Shown in pieces: positions 29,564-38,965 of a stretch of DNA of 64,000 nt. Source of the stretch: an uncultured Chloroflexia bacterium (GTDB taxonomy: Bacteria > Chloroflexota > Limnocylindria > Limnocylindrales > CSP1-4). The translations under genes were made by a program, and so were the position numbers. Where the stretch lies: positions 342,464-406,463 of the forward strand of contig CAWBQM010000001.1 in assembly GCA_963790955.1 (NCBI GenBank), in the 5' to 3' direction. The notes under the pieces are model-generated. The model searched no databases. It was not told the origin of the DNA and saw only the letters and a program-made list of their open reading frames with translations. Positions within the stretch are counted from its first letter, which is position 1; the number at the start of each line of letters is the position of its first letter.

Positions 29564-30694
29564 GTGAGCGCAGCCGGGGCCGGAGCAGGAGCGGCCGACC
29601 GCCGCGACCCCGCCGACGTCGTCCGCGATGCGATCCTGCCGGCGCTCGCGTTCCATGCCCTCGTGTTCGGGTTCGGGCTGCTCGCGCTGGTGATCTTCCG
29701 GCCGGCCGTCCTCGATGAGGGCTGGCTGCAGGTCTGGAATCGCTGGGACGCGCCACACTTCCTCGAGGTCGCGGCCAACGGCTACGGTCCCCCGACCGAT
29801 CCCGCCCGGATCGTCCTCTTCCCGGCGCTGCCGGCGCTGATCGCGATCGGGTCGGTCGTCATGACCCCGCTCGCCGCGGGCATGGTCGTGTCGCTCCTGG
29901 CGACCCTCGCGGCGGCCGCGGGCGTGTATCGCCTGGCGGCCCTGGACGGGTCGCGGACGATCGCTCGAGCCGCGGTCGTGGCCATGCTCGTGTACCCGAC
30001 CGCGTTCACGCTCATCGCGCCGTATTCGGAGCCGCTGTTCATCGCCGCGGTGGCGTGGTCATTCGTGCGGGCGAGGCAGGACGACTGGCGGTCGGCCGGG
30101 TTCCTTGCCCTGATCGCGGGTGCGACACGGATCCAGGGTGCGTTCCTGGCGCCGGCACTGGCCCTCGAGTACTTCCTCCGCCGGCGGCATGTCGAGCGCG
30201 ACGCCGGCTGGCTGCTGCTCTCGCTCGGGGGGCCGCTCATCTATCTCGCGATCAACGTGGCCACGTTCGGCGACCCGTTCTACTTCGTCCACGTCCAGGC
30301 CCAGGTCTTCCAGGTCTCGAACGTGGCGCCCTGGTCCGTGGCCGCGACCCTCCTCAACGGGCTCCAGCACGCGCCGCTGAACGAATCGTGGCTGACCGTC
30401 TACCTGGCGCCGGCGGTGGCGTTCGTGGCCCTCGGCCTGGTCGCCGTCTGGAGCCTGTTCGGGCGGGCATCGCGGCCGTCGTACGCCGCGTTCGTGCTCC
30501 TCAACCTGGCCTCGCTCGCGACGCTGTCGTGGCCGATCAGCGTGCCGCGCTACCTGTTCGGGATCGTGCCGGTCTTTCTGGCCGGTGCCCAGACCGCGCA
30601 TCGGCCGTGGCTCGCGATCACGCTCCTGGTCGGCTCGACGCTGCTCATGGCCGTCGTGACCACGTTGTTCGTCATGGGCCACTGGGCCTTCTGA
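29564..30694 (+). CDS. Polytopic membrane protein, PIG-V-like (GT76-type) mannosyltransferase candidate
   Basis: WNRWDAPHFLEVAANGYG...VLFPALPALI resembles the W..WD..hY..IA..GY...FFPL motif of PIG-V-type enzymes (from memory). About 9 TM segments. Confidence 0.5.
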   Translation: MSAAGAGAGAADRRDPADVVRDAILPALAFHALVFGFGLLALVIFRPAVLDEGWLQVWNRWDAPHFLEVAANGYGPPTDPARIVLFPALPALIAIGSVVMTPLAAGMVVSLLATLAAAAGVYRLAALDGSRTIARAAVVAMLVYPTAFTLIAPYSEPLFIAAVAWSFVRARQDDWRSAGFLALIAGATRIQGAFLAPALALEYFLRRRHVERDAGWLLLSLGGPLIYLAINVATFGDPFYFVHVQAQVFQVSNVAPWSVAATLLNGLQHAPLNESWLTVYLAPAVAFVALGLVAVWSLFGRASRPSYAAFVLLNLASLATLSWPISVPRYLFGIVPVFLAGAQTAHRPWLAITLLVGSTLLMAVVTTLFVMGHWAF

Positions 30695-30706
30695 TGCGCC
30701 CGCGCC

Positions 30707-32713
30707 TCACGCCCCCGGGCCGACCGCGAAGACCTGGTAGTCGCCGGTGTCGATCACGACGGGATAGCGAGCCCGAAACGCGTCCTCGTTCGCCCCGAGC
30801 TGGTCGCGCTCGTACGGGCCGATGACCACGTCGTCGATGCCGGCGCGTGCGATGAGCTCCGGCGCGTCGTCCTGCCAGGTCAGGATCCGGAGCGCCTCCG
30901 CGGCCCGTCCCTGAAACGGCACGCCCTCGGTACCGAGCCAGTCCGAGGAGCCGACATACAGGGTCCGGCCCGACAGGACGGACACCGCGTCGTGATGGAA
31001 CATGCCGGTCAGGAACACGGCCCGCGGCGGCGTGCTGGCGCGGATCTCCGCGGCGAGCTGGACCTGCTCGGCGTCGAGCATCCGGTACGTGCTATGGCCG
31101 AGGGCCTGATTGACTGTCTCGAACACGCCCGACAGGGTCATGGTCGCGATCGCGACGAGCACGGCCGCGCGAATCACGATCGAACGCTGCTCACGCCACA
31201 CGCGCGCGAGCACGGCCGCGACGACGATCGCGCTGGCCAGGAACCAGTACACCAGCCACTTCTGGTTGTCCCAATCCCACGGTTGCAGGACGACCAGGTT
31301 GCCGATCACGAACAGGGGCATGAACGCGAGCAGGAAGCGCCAGGTGCGCCGCGCCAGCGTGGCGCGCCACACGAAGCCGACGATCACGAGCGGCAGGAAC
31401 AGGCCCACGTTGCGCAGCCAGAACACGAGCCAGGCGCCGAGGCCGCCGTCCGTGCCGGCCATCCAGCCGACCAGGACGCGCGCGTACGAGAGCGCACCGG
31501 GCTCGCCGCTGCCCTGCTGATACAGGAGCTGGGGCAGGGCCACGGCTACCCACACGATCCCGAACAGGATCCAGCCGGGGCGCGGCTGGAGGAGGAACAG
31601 GACCGGTACCGCGATCGCGAGCGCCAGCAGGGTCGCGAGGTGCGCGAACGGCAGCAGCCCACCGACGATGCCGGCCAGGATCCAGAGCCGCCCCGCGGAC
31701 GGCGACTCCGTTGCCACCGTGAGCGTGCGCAGGATCGCGAACGCCATCGGCATGCCGTACAGGAACGCGCGCTGGCTCATCCAGAAACCCCAGAACATGT
31801 TGACCCACCAGAAGTCGAGGTTCGTCTTCCACTGGTAGTCCCAGATGCCCTGGTCGATCGCCGTGCCGATGCCCAGCCGGAGCGCCCGATCGACGGGCAC
31901 GAGCCAGGCCAGGTTGCCGCCGAGCAGGAACAGGACCAACGCGAGCGTGCCCGCCAGCTCGCTGCCGGTCAGCCGGCGGGCGAACGCGTACAGGGCGATC
32001 GCGGCGACGATCGTGAGCAGGTACGAGTGGAGCTCGAGCGCCCCCGCCGGATCGAGGCCGAGCGGCACGAGCGCTGCCGCGGTCAGGTCGACCAGCCAGT
32101 GATAGGCGAATGGGTAGCCGGCGAAGCGCGGGTGCTGAGGCGGGAAGTTGTCGCCATACGCGAACGAGCTGACGTTGCCAAGGTGGATCGTGTAATCGCC
32201 CCACACGTTGACGTGGCCCGCCCACAGGCCGTCGGGCCGGTAGCTGAGCGCGCCGGGCCAGTAGTAGGCGCCATGGATGGCGATGGCCACGATCACGATC
32301 ACGGGTAGCCAGCGAACGTGGCGACGGACGCTTGGCCGGAGCGCCGACGCGAGCGCGCCCGGGAATGACGCGGGCGGCGGGCCGGTCCCGCCCGGTGTCG
32401 TGTCGGCCCGCCAGGCGCGGTAACGGTGCGCGATCCGGGGCCCGAGCTCGCCCGTCAGGGCCCCGCGACCGAACGCGATGATCAGCGCCAGCACGACGCA
32501 GGCCAGGGCGTCGACGAGGACGAGCGTCGCGCCCAGGCCGCCGGTCACGATCGCGCCCGGCACGAGCGCGAGGCTGGCCACGACCATGCCGACCGGCACG
32601 CCGTACGCGAAGCGCTCGACGGCGGAGAGATGCCCGAACCAGCGTTCGAACGCCGCCCAGCCAAGGCCGCCCATGGCCGCCAGCACGGCCACGGACAGGA
32701 CGGCGGCGGTCAT
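30707..32713 (-). CDS. Large polytopic membrane protein, DUF2298/'YYY-domain'-like GT-C candidate
   Basis: 668 aa and uninterrupted. [29 protein letters not shown] resembles the FPP.DPWFAG..INYYYFGY signature of the Chloroflexi/Archaea YYY family (from memory), but reads FAYHW instead of YYY. Confidence 0.5.
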   Translation of the reverse strand: MTAAVLSVAVLAAMGGLGWAAFERWFGHLSAVERFAYGVPVGMVVASLALVPGAIVTGGLGATLVLVDALACVVLALIIAFGRGALTGELGPRIAHRYRAWRADTTPGGTGPPPASFPGALASALRPSVRRHVRWLPVIVIVAIAIHGAYYWPGALSYRPDGLWAGHVNVWGDYTIHLGNVSSFAYGDNFPPQHPRFAGYPFAYHWLVDLTAAALVPLGLDPAGALELHSYLLTIVAAIALYAFARRLTGSELAGTLALVLFLLGGNLAWLVPVDRALRLGIGTAIDQGIWDYQWKTNLDFWWVNMFWGFWMSQRAFLYGMPMAFAILRTLTVATESPSAGRLWILAGIVGGLLPFAHLATLLALAIAVPVLFLLQPRPGWILFGIVWVAVALPQLLYQQGSGEPGALSYARVLVGWMAGTDGGLGAWLVFWLRNVGLFLPLVIVGFVWRATLARRTWRFLLAFMPLFVIGNLVVLQPWDWDNQKWLVYWFLASAIVVAAVLARVWREQRSIVIRAAVLVAIATMTLSGVFETVNQALGHSTYRMLDAEQVQLAAEIRASTPPRAVFLTGMFHHDAVSVLSGRTLYVGSSDWLGTEGVPFQGRAAEALRILTWQDDAPELIARAGIDDVVIGPYERDQLGANEDAFRARYPVVIDTGDYQVFAVGPGA

Positions 32714-32803
32714 CGCCGCGAGCCGGTCCGGCGCCGGATCATCGGGACGAGCTGCGCGCGGTGGTCATGGCACCCCATCGTGTCGTCGCGTCGGCGGTCT
32801 GGT

Positions 32804-32850
32804 GGCTCGACGCGATCTCGAGGCTCGACGCGGTCTCGAGGCTCGACGCC
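32804..32850. repeat. 18-bp tandem direct repeat (about 2.6 copies) in the divergent promoter region
   Basis: ggctcgacgcgatctcga (32804-32821), ggctcgacgcggtctcga (32822-32839), ggctcgacgcc... (32840-). Confidence 0.9.
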
Positions 32851-32865
32851 GGCCGCCGTCGGGCG

Positions 32866-34139
32866 ATGATAGGCACGATGACGGAACGAACCATCCTCCA
32901 TGTCGACCTGGATGCGTTCTTCGCGGCCGTCGAGCAGCGCGACCGGCCCGAGCTGCGTGGTCGGCCGGTCGTCGTCGGGGGCGGCGGGCCGAACGACCGG
33001 GGGGTCGTGTCGACCGCGTCGTACGAGGCGCGCGTGTACGGCATCCACTCGGCGATGCCGCTGCGGACCGCGGCCGCTCGTGCCCCGACGCGGTGTTCGT
33101 GCCCGTGCGTGGCAGCGTGTATGCGGCGGTCAGCCGCGAGGTCATGGCGATCCTGCGGCGCTACACGGACCAGGTCGAGCCGATCTCCATCGACGAGGCG
33201 TTTCTCGACGTGACCGGCTCGCGCGCGTTGTTCGGCGACGGCGCGTCCATCGCGCGCTCCATCAAGACCGCGGTCAACGCCGAGACCCAGCTGACGGCGT
33301 CGGTCGGGGTGGCGACGACCAAGCTCGTTGCCAAGATCGCGTCGGACCTGCGCAAGCCCGACGGTCTGGTCGTCGTGGCGCCCGGGACGGAGCCCGACTT
33401 CCTCGACCCCCTGGCCATCGCCCGCTGTGGGGTGTCGGTTCCAAGGCCGCCGCGGCGCTGCGCGAATACGGCGTGGCCACGATCGGCGACCTCGGGCGCC
33501 TGCCGGTCGACGTTCTCGTGCGGCTGTTCGGGGCCCATGGCGCGACGCTGCACGATCGGGCGCTCGGGCTCGATCCCGATCCGGTGGCGGGCCGGGATCC
33601 GGCCAAGTCGGTCGGGCATGAGCACACGTTCGATCAGGACACGTCCGACGTCGACACGATCGAGCGGACCCTCCTTGGCCATGGCCGACGGCGTGGCCGG
33701 GCGCCTGCGGGCGGCCGGGCTACGGGCCGGGACGGTGGCGGTCAAGATCCGCGACAGCTCGTTCCGCACGATCACCCGCCAGCGCCCGCTCGTGCCGCCG
33801 ACCGACATGACCGAGCCGATCTGGCGGGCGGCGCTCGAGCTGGTGCGGCCCGAGGTGCGTGGGATGCGCGTGCGTCTGCTCGGCGTCACATGCTCGAATT
33901 TCGGCGATCAGGAGCAGCTCGCCTTGTTTGCGGGCGAACCCCGAACGGAGCTCCGGCGGCGGCAGGCGGTCGAGGCCGCCGACGAGTTGCGACGACGCTA
34001 CGGTCAGCGGGCCGTGACCCGCGGCCGGCTCATCGGGACCGGCCTGCCGGCGCCGTTCGAGCGGGATCCGCGGACCGCGCCCGAACGCCGGGTCGGCAGC
34101 CGACGGACCAGCCTGACGAACCTGGAGATTGAGCGGTAG
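32866..34139 (+). pseudogene. dinB: DNA polymerase IV (Y-family); 3 frame breaks (about 33,075, 33,425 and 33,675)
   Basis: Catalytic motifs are retained: [67 protein letters not shown] and LWGVGSKAAAAL. The pieces lie in ORFs 32761-, 32478- and 32900-. An alternative ATG is at 32878. Confidence 0.85.
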
Positions 34140-34210
34140 CGTGCCTGGCCCCAGCTCCGGCGCGCAGACAAGCTGTCATTGGCCGGTTGCATGGTGGGCG
34201 GCGTCAGGGG

Positions 34211-34240
34211 TTGACATCGAACACCTGTTCGATCTAGCAT
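34211..34240 (+). promoter_or_regulatory. Sigma-70-type promoter (TTGACA - 18 nt - TAGCAT)
   Basis: TTGACA at 34211-34216 and TAGCAT at 34235-34240, 75 nt upstream of the ATG at 34315. Confidence 0.6.
34218..34231 (+). promoter_or_regulatory. LexA operator 1 (inside the promoter spacer)
   Basis: Perfect palindrome CGAACACCTGTTCG. Confidence 0.8.
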
Positions 34241-34252
34241 CCCTGCACTAAC

Positions 34253-34266
34253 AGAACAAACGTTCT
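34253..34266 (+). promoter_or_regulatory. LexA operator 2 (just downstream of the -10)
   Basis: Perfect palindrome AGAACAAACGTTCT (GAAC-N4-GTTC core). Confidence 0.7.
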
Positions 34267-34314
34267 GTCTGCCGAGTGCCCCGGCTGACGCCACAGGTGA
34301 AAGGAGCCATCACG

Positions 34315-34575
34315 ATGGCCATGACCCGTGTCGAGTCGGTGCCCGTCCGCGTCCGGACCGACTGGTTCGACGGTCGACCGCGCGAGATCCGCTGGGGGCT
34401 GGATCGGTTGCCGGTCACGGCCCTTGCGGCCGTTCGGGAGGAGGCCAGCGCCTACCCCGAGGCCGTCGGGCCGCGGACCGTGTTCGAGGTCGAGACGCCG
34501 CGCGCGCGACTCGCCCTGAGCTTTGCCCACAGGACCCGCCGCTGGACGATCGAGGCGCTCGAGAACGCCGCATAG
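34315..34575 (+). CDS. 86-aa protein of unknown function, predicted SOS-regulated
   Basis: AGGAG lies 8 nt upstream of ATG 34315. Sequence: MAMTRVESVPVRVRTDWFDGRPREIRWGLDRLPVTALAAVREEASAYPEAVGPRTVFEVETPRARLALSFAHRTRRWTIEALENAA. The codon third positions are GC-rich. Confidence 0.65.
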   Translation: MAMTRVESVPVRVRTDWFDGRPREIRWGLDRLPVTALAAVREEASAYPEAVGPRTVFEVETPRARLALSFAHRTRRWTIEALENAA

Positions 34576-34770
34576 GGGCCACCATCCACCGCCGATCGTC
34601 GGCTCCTCCCGGCGATCGGCGTCCGAACCGGTCGCGCGACGAGCCGGTACTCGTCCGTCACCGGATCTGATCGGCGACCGGCCGCGCCACGGCCCAGCGT
34701 GCGCGGCCGGGCCGACCGGAAGGTCGCGGGGGCGTACATTCCCGGGTGTCGTGACTCGTACAATCGATAC

Positions 34771-35389
34771 GTGCAGGACACGGCCGCCGTTACCCCGTAT
34801 CGCGACCTGAGCCTGAGCGCCTTCACCAACCGGCTGGCCTCGTCCGAGCCGGTCCCGGGCGGTGGTAGTGCCTCGGCCGTGGCCGCCGCCATCGCGGCCT
34901 CGCTGGTGTCGATGGTCGCCCAGCTGTCGCTCGGGCGTGACAGGTACGCCGCCCACGTCGAGCTCTTGACCGAGGCACGCGCCCAGGCCGACGCGCTGCG
35001 CGAGCGCCTGCTGGAGCTTGCCGAGGAGGACGCGGACGCGTATGCCGCGTTCGCTCGAGCCCGAAAGCTGCCGCGCGATAGCGAATCGGCGGCCGATGAG
35101 CGTCGACGCGCGATCTCGGTCTCGGCGCGGTCTGCATCGGAGGTCCCGCTGGCGTGTCTCGAGGCATGCATGAGCGTGGCCGAGCTGACCGAAATCACTT
35201 GCCGGGCGGAGCAACGCCAACGCCGGCTCGGACCTGAACGTGGCATCGCTTCTCGCTGAGGCCGCGGCGCGCGGTGCCGCCGCGAACGTCCAGATCAACC
35301 TGCCATCCGTCGACGATCCCGACTGGGTGGGCTCGGTCGAGTCGCGCGTCGACGGACTGTCCACGAGGTCTCTCGCCTCGCGTCGATGA
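34771..35389 (+). pseudogene. Formiminotetrahydrofolate cyclodeaminase / methenyl-THF cyclohydrolase family (FTCD C-terminal domain-like); one frame break near 35,200
   Basis: AFTNRLASSEPVPGGGSASAVAAAIAASLVSMVAQLSLGR and ...EEDADAYAAFARARKLP... are the family signature. After ELTEIT the frame shifts to ...[30 protein letters not shown]... Confidence 0.8.
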
Positions 35390-35480
35390 CGCGCCAGACA
35401 GTCGCGTCCGGCGAGGCGCGACCGCCCCGGGCGATGGCGGGCTGAGCCCCGCCGGCGCCGATCGAGGCGGAGCCGAGTCC

Positions 35481-36393
35481 ATGGCGGGCAACACACGCTC
35501 GCGCGGCCCGCGCCTCTTGCAGGGTGCCCCGATCGCGGCCGAGATCCGGAGCCAAGTCAAGGCGGACATCGCGGTGTTCCGGCGTCGGCACGGGTTCGCG
35601 CCGACCCTCGCCATCGTCCTCGTGGGACGCGATGCCCCGTCGGCCGTCTATCTCCAGCAGATTCTGCGCGGCTGCCGGAACGTCGGTGCCTCGGGACGCC
35701 TGGTCGAGCTGACGGGACGGGTCTCCGGGGCCGGCCTTCGGCGCCAGATCCAGGCGCTCAACGCCGACCCGATCGTGTCCGGGATCATCGTCCAGATGCC
35801 GCTGCCGAGGCGCATTCCCCTGAGCACGGTGACCGAGACGATCGATCCTGCCAAGGACGTGGACGGGATCCGCCGCGGAACGTCGGTCGCCTCGCGCTTG
35901 GCCAGGAGGGCGTTCGTGCCCACGACTGCCCAGGCCGCCGTCGAGATGCTGAAGCGATCCGGACATCCCGATCGAGGGTCGGCGTGCCGTCGTGATCGGG
36001 CGCTCGACGTGGTCGGCAAGCCGCGCCGCCCTGTTGCTGCTGCGCGAGCATGCGACGGTGACCGTGTGCCACACGCGCACGCGTGACCTCGCCGCACGTG
36101 TGAAGCAGGCCGAGATCGTCATCGTCGCGGCCGGCCGGCCGGGGCTCGTACCGGCGCGATGCTGCGCCGCGGCGCCGTCGTCGTCGACGTGGGCATCAAC
36201 GTCGTCGGCGATCGCATCGTCGGCGACGTCGACTTCGAATCCGCCGTCGGTGGCCTCCGCGATCACCCCGGTGCCGGGCGGCGTCGGGACCCGTCACCAA
36301 CGCCCTGCTATGACGCACCTCCTGGCGGCGGCGCGGGCGCAGGCGGGACCGTCCAGCGCGGCACCCGCCCGATCCGCCAGGACGCATCGGTGA
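35481..36393 (+). pseudogene. folD: Bifunctional methylene-THF dehydrogenase/methenyl-THF cyclohydrolase; at least 8 frame breaks
   Basis: Stitched: LLQGAPIAAEIRSQVKADI..PTLAIVLVGRDAPSAVYLQ / GIIVQMPLP / DPAKDVDGI / FVPTTAQAAVEMLKRSG / IPIEGRRAVVIGRS / VVGKP / AALLLLREHATVTVCHTRT / AEIVIVAAGRPGLV / GAVVVDVGIN / AITPVPGGVG / PVTNALL. The 3' end is uncertain. Confidence 0.85.
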
Positions 36394-36426
36394 AGCAGTC
36401 GTCGCCGCACTGGCTCGTCGTCACCG

Positions 36427-38143
36427 ATGACGGTTCCCGCCAGATCTGGAGATCGCGCGGTCCGTGCGGCCACGGCCGATCCTCGACGTGGCACGCGAGC
36501 TCGGGTTGCGCGACGACGAGGTCGAGCTGTACGGGCCGACGAAGGCGAAGGTCACGACTCGAGGCGATCCTCCAGGCTGGAGGCGGCGAACGCGCGCGGC
36601 AAGTACGTGGTCGTCACGGCGATGACGCCGACGCCGCTCGGCGAGGGCAAGACGACGACGACGGTCGGGCTCGCCCAGGGCCTGAACCGGATCGGGCAGC
36701 GGGCGGCGGTCGCGATCCGCCAGCCATCGCTCGGGCCGGTGTTCGGGATCAAGGGCGGCGCGGCCGGCGGCGGCTACAGCCAGGTCATCCCGATGGAGGA
36801 CTTCAACCTCCATCTGACCGGCGACAACCATGCCATCGGCGCCGCACACAACCTTGCCGCCGCGTTCCTCGACAATCACCTCCACCACGGCAACCTGCTC
36901 GGCATCGACCCGCATCCATCCTCTGGCCGCGCGTGGTCGACATCAGCGACCGGGCGATCCGGCGCGCGGTGATCGGCCTCGGCGGACGGGAGAACGGTGC
37001 CGCCGCGTGAGACCGAGTGGCAGATCACCGTCGCGTCGGAGGTCATGGCGGTGCTCGCGCTCGCCTCCGACCTGGCCGATCTGCGTGCGCGGCTCGGGCG
37101 GATCGTGCTCGCGATCGACGCTCGACGGCCGGCCGATCACGGCCGAGGACCTGAGGGTCGCGGGTGCGATGGCGGTGCTCCTGCGGGACGCGCTCAAGCC
37201 GAACCTGCTGCAGACGCTCGAGGGCGGCCCGGCCTTCGTCCACGCGGGCCGTTCGCCAACATCGCCCACGGCAACAACTCGGTGCTCGCCGATCGGCTCG
37301 CGCTCGCGACGACCGACATCGTCTGCACCGAGGCGGGCTTCGGGGCCGACATGGGCGCCGAGAAGTTCTTCGACATCAAGTGCCGAGCGTCGGGCCTGCG
37401 CCCGGATGCGGCCGTCGTCGTCGCCACGATCCGGGCCCTCAAGATGCACGGCGGCGTGGGCCGAATCGTGGCCGGCAAGCCGCTCGACCCGGCGCTCGCC
37501 CTCGAGGATCGTCGAGGCGGTTCGCCGTGGCGCGGCCAACCTCGCCAAGCAGATCGAGAACGTGCGCCGAGTTCGGCGTGCCGGTGGTCGTCGCGATCAA
37601 CGCGTTCCCGACCGACACGACCGACCGAGATCGACGCGGTCGCCGAGGTCGCGCTCGAGGCCGGTGCGCGCGCGCGCGGTCGTGACCCGCCATTTCACCG
37701 ACGGCGGTGCCGGTGCGGTCGACCTCGCGGAGGCCGTATGGGCCGCGGCGTCGGAGGGCGCGCCCGACTTCCGGCTGCTCTATCCGGACGAGGCCAGCCT
37801 GACCGACAAGATCGAGACGATCGCGGTCCGCATCTACGGCGCGACCGGCGTCGATGTGCTGCCGCGCCGCCGCGAAGGCGCTCGCACCGTACGAGGCAGC
37901 TGGGTTTCGGTCGGCTGCCGGTGTGCATGGCCAAGACCCAGTACTCGCTCAGCCACGACCCGACGCTCATGGGCCGGCCCGACGGGCTTCCGCGTGCCGG
38001 TCCGCGACGTCCGCCTATCGGCGGGCGCCGGCTTCGTGACACCGCTGTGCGGGGAGATGCGGACGATGCCGGGGCTGCCGTCGCGGCCGGGCGGCGAGAG
38101 CATCGACATCGACGCCGACGGGAACATCGTCGGATTGTTCTGA
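36427..38143 (+). pseudogene. fhs: Formate-tetrahydrofolate ligase; at least 13 frame breaks
   Basis: Stitched: [23 protein letters not shown] / [25 protein letters not shown] / [34 protein letters not shown] / [15 protein letters not shown] / [14 protein letters not shown] / [12 protein letters not shown] / [19 protein letters not shown] / [12 protein letters not shown] / [17 protein letters not shown] / [15 protein letters not shown] / [20 protein letters not shown]...GNIVGLF*. Confidence 0.9.
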
Positions 38144-38198
38144 GCGCGGACGGGCGTTGCGGTCGTGGCCGCTGGGCGTGGCCGCAGGCTCGCGGACC

Positions 38199-38227
38199 CG
38201 GCGCGTGGCCGCCGGCGCGTGGCCGCC
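38199..38227. repeat. 14-bp tandem GGCGCGTGGCCGCC x2, with two looser GCGTGGCCGC copies at 38164-38185
   Basis: Read directly from the sequence. Part of the repeat-dense convergent spacer 38144-38604. Confidence 0.8.
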
Positions 38228-38244
38228 GTCGCACCCGGGCGCCC

Positions 38245-38345
38245 CCCGGCGTCATGCGACGCGCCGCCCCGTCATGCGACGCGCCCCGGCGTCATGTGAG
38301 GGCGCCGCCCCGTCATGCGACGCGCCGCCCCGTCATGCGACGAGC
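38245..38345. repeat. Five direct repeats of a 20/21-bp unit (consensus CGTCATGCGACGCGCCGCCC)
   Basis: GTCATG starts at 38251, 38271, 38291, 38312 and 38332. The third unit is degenerate (GTCATGTGAGGGCGCC). Confidence 0.9.
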
Positions 38346-38454
38346 GAATGAACGGACCGCTCATTGGCCGCTTGATGCGCCAGCCGACTCGTCCGTCCAG
38401 GGTCACCGGCGATTTCAGTCATTAGGAGCCTCAAACGGCCCATCGAACGGTTCG

Positions 38455-38547
38455 TAGAGCCACCGGGCGCATAGAAGGCCGGGAGAGTGCCGGGAGAGGG
38501 CCGGGAGAGGGCCGGACAAACGCCTCCTAGAGTCACCGGGCGCATAG
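38455..38547. repeat. 21-nt direct repeat pair TAGAG(C/T)CACCGGGCGCATAG flanking three tandem 11-mers GCCGGGAGAG(T/G)
   Basis: The direct repeats lie at 38455-38474 and 38528-38547 (20/21 identical). The 11-mer array lies at 38478-38510, plus a partial copy. Confidence 0.9.
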
Positions 38548-38604
38548 CCTCTGTGGCCGCGAGATCGGCGCGCGCGCCGGCCGCCGCGGGCGAGCAAGAC
38601 CCCC

Positions 38605-38802
38605 CTAGATCGTGCTCGTGGCGAGCATGAAGCACAGGGTCATGACCAGACCGATCACCGCGCCCAGCGCCCCCGCGCCCCAGGCCGCCCAGTCGATCGG
38701 CCCGAGCTCCTGTTCACCGTGCTCCTCGGCGACCTCGCCGCCGTGGGCCTCTTCCTCGATCGTGGGCGCGTGGACATCGACCTGGCGATCGTCATGTGTC
38801 AT
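38605..38802 (-). CDS. Small C-terminally anchored membrane protein, function unknown
   Basis: 65 aa from the internal ATG: MTHDDRQVDVHAPTIEEEAHGGEVAEEHGEQELGPIDWAAWGAGALGAVIGLVMTLCFMLATSTI. The N-terminal half is acidic and there is one terminal TM helix. Confidence 0.45.
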   Translation of the reverse strand: MTHDDRQVDVHAPTIEEEAHGGEVAEEHGEQELGPIDWAAWGAGALGAVIGLVMTLCFMLATSTI

Positions 38803-38965
38803 GGGCCGGAGCCACCTCCACGCGGATTTCTGCCACGAGCACGCTGCTTTCGAGCCGGTCGGGCTGCCGCCGGTCCGGTCGGCCCGAGCGCCGGGCTGGT
38901 AGACGCCAGGCCCGAGCGCCGGGCTCGAGCGCCGGGACCTGGCCCCGGGCCCGTAGACTTCGTCC

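Noticed and set aside
34741-34790. ZTP (pfl)-riboswitch-like string GGGTGTCGTGAC upstream of the cyclodeaminase-folD-fhs genes
   Set aside because: Only the first conserved block is vaguely present. The ACCGGG…CGGA element and the downstream CCGCCTGGGCA pseudoknot partner are missing, and the string abuts the GTG start codon. It is attractive by context (ZTP riboswitches control folD/fhs), but the sequence does not support it.
38245-38345. CRISPR array (also considered for 15829-16000)
   Set aside because: The repeats are directly abutting with no unique spacers. The units are 20-21 bp or 62 bp, and there are no cas genes in the window.
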